64,000 bases of DNA from the human T2T-CHM13v2.0 reference genome, Homo sapiens: the NCBI RefSeq assembly GCF_009914755.1, contig NC_060929.1; one strand, 5' to 3'. Position 1 is the first letter of the stretch; every line of letters starts with the position of its first letter. The translations under genes were made by a program, and so were the position numbers. Shown in pieces: positions 53,134 to 64,000 of this stretch. The notes beneath the pieces are model-generated. The model made no database searches. It was not told the origin of the DNA and was given only the letters and a program-made list of their open reading frames with translations.

Positions 53134-54621
53134 CTTCAAAGCAGCAGGAGGAAGAAAAGGAAATAGATGCATTATCTTCAGAGGAATGACAAAAAGACTC
53201 ACAAAGTAAACCAGGATATAATGATATGATACTTTTAAAGGAGTAAAAGGGAACAACTGCTGGTCTCAAACTCTATACCCAGCAAAAGTATTCTTCAAAA
53301 ATTAAGATGATATAAAGACAGTTAAGATAAAAACTTATACTAGAGGATGAATCACTAGCATACCTACATTAAGAGATATACAAAAGGGAGTTCTACAGGC
53401 AGAAGAAAATGATTCCCAATGAAATAATTGTAATGAAGAATTCTTCATTACAATGAAGAGCACTCTAAAAGGTAAAAATGTAGGTTAAATCTGAATGAAT
53501 TTTGACTGTTAAAAGCAAATATAATAATCGTGTCTTGTGTGATTTAAATTCTGTAGAATTAAAATACATGGCCAAAAATAGCACAAAGGCATAAAAAAGG
53601 AGTTTTGTGTGTTGAAAGGTCTTTACATTGTCCTGAGAGCAGTAAAAGTACTAAGTTATATTACCTTAAAGTAATTCAAGAAATCATGTTGTAATCTCTA
53701 GGCTAATAACTAAAAAAAAGTTAAAAAAATGTGTAACAACAAAATAACAAAGGACAAAAATGAAATAATAAAAATGATCAATTCAAAGGGGACAATAATG
53801 TAGATTAATAACACGCTAGAACAAATAGAAAACAAAAAGATGGTCAATTTTGACAAAACTGTATTAATAATTATATGTCATTAAATGGCTAAATATTCTA
53901 ATTAATTGACAAAGACTGTAGATAAAAATACAATTACATTTTGCTGATAAAAGACACACTTTATTTATATGGAAAGAGAAAGATTGAAAGGAAATGAAGG
54001 AGTAAAGCTAAACCAGTTAATACCAAATAAACTGGTAGCTATAATTATATCAGATACAGTAGATATTAAAGGAAAAAAATGAGATAAAGATATATATTTA
54101 CGCATCTAATCACATGTCACATGTTATTATATATTCACATATAATACATGCGAAAATGATAGAAATAAAAATAGAAACAAATTCTAAACTCTCAAAATAA
54201 AATATATAACTAGTAATTTAAAATATCAGTGAAGATGAAGATTTTAAAAATGAGATGATACATTTAACATAATTGACATATAAAGAATCTTGCACCTAAT
54301 AATTGCAGAATAAGCACTCTCTTCAAGTAAATATATTCACTAAAACTGACTCCATCCTGGACCATAGTAAAGGTCTCAACAAATTTCAAAGAACTGAAGA
54401 AAATACAAATTATATTCTCTGATGTTAGGAGAAATTAAGCTAGAAATCAGTCATACAAACACGCAAATCACTAAAAGTAAAAAAATCTAATGTTTGGAAA
54501 TTAAGCAATAAACTTCTACATATTGCATTGATCTAAATATGAAATCACAATGGAAATTAGAAAGTGTTTTTAATGAAATGATAATGGGATTATACTTCAT
54601 ATCAAAACTTCAGGGTTATAG

Positions 54622-55128
54622 CAAGTTTCAGCTAACTTTTGCTATATAACAAACCATCCCCAGCTTTAATGGCTTAAAGACAACCATTTTACTTATATCA
54701 AGATTCTGTGGGTCAGCTGGGTGGTTCTTCTGTTTGGGCTTGGCTGATCTCTGCCAGGCTCTCTTGCATCTGGGGTCAGTTGAAGAGTGGACTGGAAGCC
54801 AGAAAACCTAGGATGGTCTTACTCACGTATCTTGGAGTTGGCTAGCTTTCAGCCAGGGTGTCTCAGTGCTTCTCCATTGGGCTCCAGCAAGCTAGCTTGC
54901 TCTCCTTCACATGGTGTTTTCAAGTTTTCAAGCACAAACTGAGAAAACACACTCAAATGTTTAAAAGCTTTCCAAGGCTCTGTTTGCTTTGTATTTGCTA
55001 ATATCACATGGCCAAACCTAGACTCAAGGGTAGACATCTCTAGATGAAGGAAACTGCAAAGTTCTACTACAATAAGGAATGCAGACAAATATAGGAAAAA
55101 TCTGTAGCTATTTGCCAACTACTACACA
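54622..55128 (-). mobile_element. MLT1F/G/H-like LTR inserted in the L1M
   Basis: ttgctatataacaaaccatccccagctttaatggcttaaagacaacc...gattctgtgggtcag...tcacatggccaaacc. Confidence 0.75.
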
Positions 55129-55589
55129 GTTAATATTGTGCTCAGAGGGAAATTTATAACCTTAAATACATATATTAGAAAAGAAGAAAGATCTGATTGT
55201 TTATTTCAAGAAGCTAGAAACGAAATAGCAAATTAAATCCAAAGAAAATAGAAAAAAGACAATAATAAAGAATAGAAATTGTTGATATAGAAAATAAATA
55301 GACAATAGACAAATTCAAAAAGTCAAAAGTTTGTTCTTTAAAAGTACTGGTTAAATTGATCAACTGTTGTTTAGCAGGACTAAGAAAAATTAGAGAGAAA
55401 ACACAAGTTTTCAATAAAACAGATGAAATAGGAAACATTACTACCAAACATGAGAGTATTTACGAACATGTTTATTTTCCAATACATCTGAAAGTTTTGA
55501 CACAATGAAAAAATTCATTGAAAAATACAATGTATCAAAGCTGACAACAGAAGAAATAGAAAATTTTGTATTTATTAAAGCAATGGTAT

Positions 55590-55757
<168 letters not shown>

Positions 55758-56351
55758 TGAATTCTTCCAAATTCACATGGCTTCACCAGTGAATTCTTCC
55801 AAATAGGTAAGGAATAATACCAGCCTTACACAATCACTCCCAAAGAGTATAAAAAGAGGTAACATTTCCCAACTAGTTTTACAAGGCCACCAAACGCTCA
55901 TGCCAAACATTCAGGAGGACACTGAATTTATGGCTAATCTCTCTTATGAACCCAAAATAAAAATCCTAAATAAAATATCAAAGGGATTAAATCCATAAGC
56001 CAATTGGGCTTGTTTCAGGAAGATAAGTTTAAAAACACTAGAAAATCAATCAATAAAATTAACCATGTTAATGGAAGAAAGGAGAAAAATTATGTGACTA
56101 TAATCTTGCTATACACGAAAAAGAATTTAATAAAACTTAATCCTCAGTCGTGATTAAAAAATACTTTTGGTAAACTAAGAATAGAAGGAACTTCTTAAAT
56201 TCATAAAGGGTATCTTTTTAAAAACCTACATAATAATGAATACAAAATTACAGCTACATAGAAAGAATGAGTTCTGGGGTTCTGCTGCACCATAGGGTGA
56301 ATATGGTTAACTGTAATTTACTATATAGTCTCAAAAAACTAGAAGACAGAA

Positions 56352-56501
56352 TTTTTTTCTTTTCTTTTTTTTTTTTTTTTTATGGCAGAGACAGTGTCTC
56401 CCTATGTTGCTCAGGCTGGTCTCAAACTTCTGGGCTCAAGTAATCTCCCACCTTAGCCTCCCAAAACGTTGGGATTACAGGCATGAGTCACCATGCCTGG
56501 C
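56352..56501 (-). mobile_element. FLAM_C or AluJ left arm
   Basis: T run, then tatgttgctcaggctggtctcaaacttctgggctcaag...caccatgcctggc. Confidence 0.85.
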
Positions 56502-56948
56502 TTAAATTAACTTTTAGGTTCAATAAATCCCAATAAAAATCCCAGCAGACTTTTTTTTTTGTGGAAATTGACACGTAGATTCTAAAATTTAAATGGAAAT
56601 GAAAGGACTAAAAAGAACAAAAGACAAACTTGAAAAATAGGAATTTGGAGGACTTCAGTTACCAAATATCAAGGTATTACAAAGCTACGGTTATTTAAAA
56701 AGTAAAAGCAACAGCATGGTATTGGTGCAAGCATAAAAAAATAGAGAAAGAAAAACAGTTTTATACATATATGAAAACCATTTTTACAATAAAGATGCCA
56801 CAGCACTGAAATGAGAGACGAAGGGAACTTTTTTCAATAAATGATGCTGATCAATTGCATATTCACACAGAAAGAGATGACCCCTGAACTGTACCACACA
56901 TCATACACAAAAACCAATTCCAGAGAGATTATAAATCTAAATGTGAAA

Positions 56949-56951
<3 letters not shown>

Positions 56952-56998
<47 letters not shown>
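56952..56998. repeat. Pure A47 homopolymer
   Basis: Read directly from sequence. Confidence 0.95.
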
Positions 56999-57000
<2 letters not shown>

Positions 57001-57429
57001 CTGAAGCTTCTAGAAGGTAACAAAGGAGAATATCTTCACAACCTTGACAGCAGAAAACCGGACCACCAACCCTATTTAAATATCTGGCTCAGATGTATAT
57101 ATCTGATCTACTTTACAGTCTTCTCCATTTATTCCAGCCTATTCCGATTATGCTCCTCTCTTCTATCTATTTTCTCTTGAAGTTACCATCACACAGTTTA
57201 GCACTCACATTGTAGATTACTCTCAATTTTTGTCATGTGTGGTGCTCTAGCAAGCTTTATCATGACTGATCATTATTTTCTACTTCTATTTTCAGTAGTG
57301 CCTGAGTTAGTGCTGGAGCTGGACAAATGATAGACCCTCAATTAGCAGTGGATAACTTCAGATGATCCCAAATCTCTCTGAATATCTGCTCTGCTCTTTG
57401 CCCTTTCAATGACATTGTGCTCCAATCTC

Positions 57430-57760
57430 AGCATTCATCCAAACATTTAATAAGTCGAACTAAATGATGCCTGAAAGCAAAGCACTATGCTGACATCATG
57501 CAGACTGCAAGGTTGTGTAGGTCTCATTTTACGCTATAAAAAAGTTTATAGCCTCTTAGAGGAGGTATATGAACAAGATAGTTATTTTATATTTCAAGGA
57601 AATATGGGGTGAATGCCGTGGAAATGGCCATAGTATGTAAATTCCAAGAGAAGAAGGGATTATATCTGCCTAGGCTGGTCTGTCTGGAAGGGCCTTTTGA
57701 ATAAGTGGCATCTGAGATGGGTTCTGAAGATTATAATAGGGCATTCCAGGCAAAGCGAAA
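57430..57760 (-). mobile_element. L2 3' fragment
   Basis: cattcatccaaacatttaataag...agcactatgctg...gcatctgagatgggttctgaaga...gggcattccaggca. Confidence 0.65.
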
Positions 57761-58344
57761 ACCAAATGAAATTTTTTGAATTGGGGCATTATATTTCCTG
57801 AATAACTGTGCAAATAGATTTCTCCTGAAATAGTTAAATTGACTTTGAATAAACAGGAAGAGAGCTTGAGACCATGAGGCAGTTGCTACTGAAAGAACAG
57901 AATAGATAAAATGGTTGCCTCTGTGTGAATACTATGGCTTTTAAATGCTGGAGGATTAGGTTAGCACAAACGCTTATCTTTCACATATGTGAGATGTCTC
58001 TTTTCTGTTGGTCCCTTCCAGCTCAGGGGAAGAACCTGCGTTAGTGTTTTTTATGTCTGCTACAGACTTCATGAAATTGAATTAAGAAGTTGCATTGTAT
58101 TTTTAAAAGAGTTGAAAGAAGAAGTCAGAGCAATAAGAAATCCAGATTAGCCTTAAGATTCATGTCAGAGATTAGTGGGAATTTAGGAAGAGATGGGAGG
58201 GCCTTGAGTTCCTTGGTGTTACTATAATATAGTGCCTGGGTTGCAAACTCACATGGAGCATGAGGATAAAAGAAGTGGGTGGGTGAGTGGACTAACTGTA
58301 AAAGTAGAAACAGCATTAATGTGATGAGAAATGGCAACTAACAG

Positions 58345-58463
58345 TTGGACTGTGAAAAGACAAATTCTCATGCCCTACCAAAACTTACTAAATCAGAAAC
58401 TCTTGGCTGGGGTCCAGCAATCTCTAGATGGTTCCAGTCAACAGTAGCATCTGAGAACTACTG
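58345..58463. mobile_element. MER5A
   Basis: aaattctcatgcccta...actaaatcagaaactct...tgagaactactg. Confidence 0.65.
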
Positions 58464-58672
58464 CAGTAAGGAATAGTGAAAGAGGCAAACTGGTGTGCTC
58501 ATGGCCCATGCAAAGGGCTGGCAGACATTTCTTAGCTAAGTTGATTTTTATCTCGCAGGATATGGAAACTATGTTGTTGGACCTTCCAATATTGTAAGGA
58601 AAAGTCACACATCTGAATTTTTATGTTACATCTTCTAATTTTTAAGTATTGGCCATCTTTAAAAATATTCTG

Positions 58673-59011
<339 letters not shown>

Positions 59012-59044
59012 TTACCAGGGGCTATTAATTTGCAATCTCTAATA

Positions 59045-59295
59045 ATATAGTGATTAAAGGCATAAGATCTAGATTCAGTGAGTATTAAGTTCAAATCCCA
59101 TCTCTTCTTGCTATGTATATGACCTCAAAGCAAATTGTTTAACCTCTCCAAATCCTTGATTTCCTCCTGTGTAAATGAGCATAATAAGTACCTGCTTCAT
59201 AGGGTCCTGGTGAAGGTGGAGTGGGGTGCTGCATACAAAGCACTTATTCAAGGGTCTGGCACATAGCAAGTGCTCAGTAAATGATACATTTACAA
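59045..59295 (+). mobile_element. MIR SINE, near full length
   Basis: atagtgattaaag...gttcaaatccca...tttcctcctgtgtaaatg...ctggcacatagcaagtgctcagtaaatg. Confidence 0.85.
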
Positions 59296-61819
59296 TTGTC
59301 AGCTCAAGCACAGGATATGCTGGGTCTGCTGGGGAAAGGAAGGAATCTGAGCCAGGGGAGTAGGGAAATAGTTGGTTTCTCTAGGCAGAGCTGAGTGGTC
59401 CTACACACAGTGTCCAGAGCATGTGGCATGGCAGTTTCATGCAGAGACCAGGCTATGCTAGAAGTATGAAGGAGATTAGTTTAATGGATGTGGCCCAGTA
59501 GTAGAAGATTCACATAATCTTCAACATCATTATGGGCAATGCGCTCATATATGGCCAGAACCCATCCTGGGCCAGGAATAAGGAGTCTGCCAGTTCTTAA
59601 AATCCTGGGAGCCCCAATAAATAGGTGATTTTCAAAGCATGAATGTAAGAGCAGACAGGTAATCTGTGGCAGCAGCTCAGACCTGTCCATGGGTCAGTAT
59701 GTCTGAGGGTATGAGGAAGGGGGAAATGAGAAAAAGATTACAAGTGGTGTGACCTGGAGGCTAAGTTGGCACCCAGGGCTTATGCGAGGCACAACAGATA
59801 CCAAGTCTGTGGGCAGCCAAGATAAACTCCAGGCCCCACATCTGGAGGGGCTGAGGCAGCTGATATGCTTCCTACCCTAGTCTAGACTAGCTCAGCTCCC
59901 AGGCATGAATGAGCCTATATGTGGAAGACATTGGAGAATTTTGCCGTGAGTAGCAAGAAAGATGAAGCTTGACAGATGCTGGTGCAGGCAACCAGGTATC
60001 ACTTATTATTTAGGAGGCAAGATGTCATAATGCTATATTAAAAGTGTCAAATTTGGGTCATTGTATAGAACGCATCGAAAGAAGAGTCAGGGAAAAAACA
60101 AGACTGTTGCATTTATCTTGGCCAGAGATGACAGAATCTCAGCATTTGGACCACAGCTACTTTCTCCTATACCCATGACAGACACCTCTGATTGATTAAA
60201 ATATTCTCTCCTGCTGATCCGAGACAAGGCATCAGAGTCTTTTCAAAACTCTATTCTGCCTAGACAGCCACTCTGACAGATAGAAACTGGCATGCAAAGC
60301 CCCTGGTCTAGGTGTCAGCTGCTACGGGGTGATGACAATTGGGAGAGGTGAAAAGGGAGAAAATTCTGTGGAAATAATCAGTAGAAGTCAGTGCCTAAAT
60401 TTTCTGTGGGGACAAGATAGGGCAAGTTTGAAGAAAGTCAAGCTCAAAGATCATAGCAAGGCTTCATTCAAGTCTTAGGATGTAGGAGAATATGTGCCAT
60501 TAAGAAAAGTACCCTTTCTGGAAAAGCAAAAACATAAACCACCACCCCTCAAGGAATTCAGAAAAATGAGCTGGTTGACGGAGAAAAGATGACTTGTTCA
60601 CTTTCTGAGGTCCTGGCAACACGTGCAGGTAGAGGTGTCAGCCCAGCAGTTCGTGTTGGATATTCTTCAAACAGTAACTGCTTTTAAACTTGCTGTCTCA
60701 GTGTGTGGATGGGTGCTCTGGGAAGACACAAAGAATGTGTTGGATACTTTGTCCTTGAGAAGTTCAGAAGATAATAGCAGCACAGGGACACCCACACATG
60801 ACTAATAAGGACATGTAAAACCCAAACAAATCAAACAGAAACCACAGGCACATACTTAGGGAAGGGATGAATAATTGGAGAAAGGAGGCAAGTCATGGAA
60901 GGTGAAGGTAGAACTCGAAGAAGCTCTGAGCACGAGCACACCACCGGAGCCAGAAAATGACCTGGACTATTCCATGTGCATATCTAGTTGTCCAAAAAGG
61001 GCATTCCCATCTTGAGAATGCAAAACCAGTCACTGATGTCATTATATGATGTTTACTTATTGTCAGCCATATTCTAGGCATTATGGCAGTGGTCAGAAAC
61101 CCTTTGCTCTTAAGGATCTCACAGACCTGTGGGTGAGAGAGATGTACCAAGTCATTACACTATAACACAAGAAATGCTGAGATACGAGTATGCAGATGCA
61201 GAGAACAATATAGGTGCACATAGCAGGGTCTAACACAGCCTGAGGGGGCAGGGCTGGCACCCTAGAGAGGAGGAAGCTGGAGGTGTACTTTCAAAGCAAA
61301 ATAGAAAGATTGATTCATTTATCCATCACTGTCCATTCACATGCCAAGTTTCCCAGGTCTCCTGGGCAGCACCAGCAGAACAGAGAAGTGTGTAGGTGTG
61401 GAGTACCACTCAGGGTGGGCACTCTAATGCGGCTCCCCAGGCTTGATCCTGGAAACAGGCCAGAGAATTTTGAATCACCTTTTATTTATTTAGTCATTCA
61501 TTCTTTTTTTTTTTTTTTTTTTTTTGAGAGAGAGAAGCATAACAGAGCATTTATATCTTAACTGTTGTATTTTTTGTATGTTGGCTGGCTTCCAGAATAA
61601 CCTGACTAAATAGACTCACCAGCCTTTAGAGCAGGCCCTCCAAGGAATCCTTCTCCTGTGCTGATGTTCCTAAAAGTCTTCTCTACCAGGAAAATGAAAG
61701 GAAAGCTGACCTCATAAAGTTGTTAAGACAAGGGTTTATTGCTGTTGTTTGTTTGTTTTATCACTGTTAAGGTCTCCTATCTTTAAAAAATCAATTTTTT
61801 GTAATTTTTTAAATGTCTG

Positions 61820-62450
61820 ATTATGGTAAAAAAGACACACACATAGCAAAAGGTACTGTCTTCCCTATTTTTAAGTGTACAGTTCAGTACTGTTAAAGAC
61901 AATCACATTGTTGAACATCCCATTTTTAGAACATCCCATTTTTAGAACTTTTTTATTTTTCAAAACTGAAACTACATATACGTTAAACAACTCCCCACTT
62001 TCCCCTCCCCCCAGTCCCTGTCAACCACCATTCTACTTTCTGTTTCTACGAATTGGACTATTCTAGGTACCTCGTATAAGTAGACTCATACAGTATTTGT
62101 CTTTTGGCGACTGGCTTCTTTCATTTAGCGTAATGTTTTCAAGGCTTATCCGTGTTGTAACATTTGTCAGAATTTCCTTCCTTTTTAAAGCTTGATAATA
62201 TTCCATTGTATGCACATTCTGCATTTGGTTTATCCATTCATCTGTTGATGAATGAGTGCCTTTTGCCTCTTGTCTACTGTACATAATGCTGCTGTGAACA
62301 TGGGAACATGGGAGTGCAGATGTCTTCTCAAGATCCTGCTTTTAATTCTTCTGGGTGTATAAAATGTGGGATCGCTGGATCACATACTTCTCTTTGAATT
62401 CTTTGAGGAGCCCCCACAATGTTTCCAAAGTGGCTACACCATTTTTCATT
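61820..62450 (-). mobile_element. L1MB-like 3' end
   Basis: tttttaagtgtacagttcagt...caaccaccattctactttctgtttcta...ttatccattcatctgttgatg...aatgctgctgtgaacatgg. Confidence 0.85.
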
Positions 62451-64000
62451 TAGGGCTCCCTTCTTTTTAAAGGAGGAGTTCATAACTTCTGATATCAGTC
62501 AGGGCTGAGCGGACTCTCTGAGCTTCTGAACCCCCTTTGCCTCCAGAGCTGGTCAAGGCTCATCTTTCCATTGGTCCTCAGTGGAGAAAGAGGCAGCTGT
62601 CCTCACATACGGACACCGTTAATGGACAAGGTAATAATCTTGCAGAGTAATTGCACCATAATGTGAGGTCCAAGCATAGAATGAACTCACCTACCCAGCA
62701 GCATTTCTCTTGCTTGATTGCCAGCTGATATCTGTTTCTGCCAGAGAAGTCTGTCCCTGTGTCTGGGAACCCTGCTCCATTTGAGAGCTTGCTTCAGCTA
62801 TGTCATGCCCTTAGCACTGATGATATCATGACCCTTGATTTCCAGTAGGATCTCATTAAATTTCCTTTTTGCTGACCCTCCAAGGCTGACCCCTACCTAT
62901 CTCTACTACTGCCACAGCATCTGTGATGACATTAATGTCCCTGGAGGGAGATTCCTCTTCGCCTTAGAAATGCCATTTTAGAAACCCTTGAGTTATGCCC
63001 TGGGAAGGAGGAAGGAGCTCTGCCATCAGGATGAATTAGGCCTTCTTTACCTGGGGGGAGGGGAGGCAAACGAATTAAAAGCTAGAGAAACATGAGATAT
63101 CTTTCCCCAACAAATGCCAAAAGGCTGAGAATCTCATAATGTTAGACATCTTTTAGAATGGGATACTTTATAGGACAATTCAGGGTTTGGGGCCTTTCAA
63201 AAATGGCACATTTGCCCATGTAATCTGATCAATGCAAGAGGAAATAGCAGACCTGGAGGTTATGCTGAATTGCCAGAGAATTTTGTACCTGGGACGCTCA
63301 AAGACATCTCAGTCTGGCCCACCTTTCTGACAAGTCAGACCTGACAGTTTCCAAGACAGCTCATCCTTCAGTTGAGGCCTCGTAAAACCAGGTTAGAAAC
63401 TGACCCACTCACACAATCTTTTAGAACCCACAGCAGCAAGTTTGAAATAGGCAAATTGTTATGCTTTTCCTGATCCTGGGGGCTCTGTATACACTGTATC
63501 TCACAAAGACTAAAAATCCCTAGCATGTGGCTTTCTGCTCAGGGAGGGTGTAGGTCCTAACATGAGTATGAGGTGGGGATGTGTATCCACCAGTCCTGCC
63601 TCAGTTTCAGTTCCCAAGTGCCTCTGACAGGGCGAGCATCTTCCTATAGCAAATGTGCTTTTCACATTTAAAGACATGTATTTTTTATTTAACCTGGTCC
63701 CTGAAATGCACTGAGGAAAGAGCCATTGGTTCCAGTACTGGAAGAAAAGCTGTTTGTGCAGGATTTTTCAGAAAGCATGTGTCAGTCTCCAGCATGGAGC
63801 CCTCTTAAGGGGATGTAAGCATAAATTTCATGTGACTTCTGCCTGCTGATTGGATTGGACTTTAGAACAGATGCTTCATGTTAGTTTCAACTGCTGAAAT
63901 CAGCTGTGCGACTCTCATTGTTATTTGGTTGTCCTGAAGCTCAGTTTTCTAATCTATGTATGGAGAATTGCACCAGGTGATCTCAGATATTCCTTTAAAA

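Noticed and set aside
52774-53256. 160-aa hydrophobic ORF on the minus strand
   Set aside because: Antisense of A-rich L1 plus the (AG)n repeat; compositional artefact.

Overview
This 64 kb window is hominid (human or great ape) non-coding genomic DNA, intergenic or deep intronic. The lineage call rests on a full-length SVA plus many Alus. I see no credible protein-coding gene, structural RNA gene or CRISPR array; the supplied ORFs are explained by Alu, SVA, LTR or simple-repeat sequence, or are chance-length ORFs. The window is a layered record of transposable elements: ancient MIR, L2, MamSINE1, MER5 and MLT1; old L1M/HAL1; ERVL/ERV1 solo LTRs; a two-LTR MSTB MaLR element; about 14 Alu or Alu-monomer copies; two L1PA 3' ends; and one young SVA with a perfect 13-bp target-site duplication (TSD). 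I did not find a novel biological system. The most notable items are the SVA, a ~4.8 kb nested LTR stack, a ~300-bp polypurine tract flanked by direct repeats inside a MER5, a perfect 28-bp palindrome, a template-switch-like Alu/L1 junction and an orphan A47 run. Subfamily names come from recalled consensus sequences, not a database search, and boundaries of old elements are approximate.
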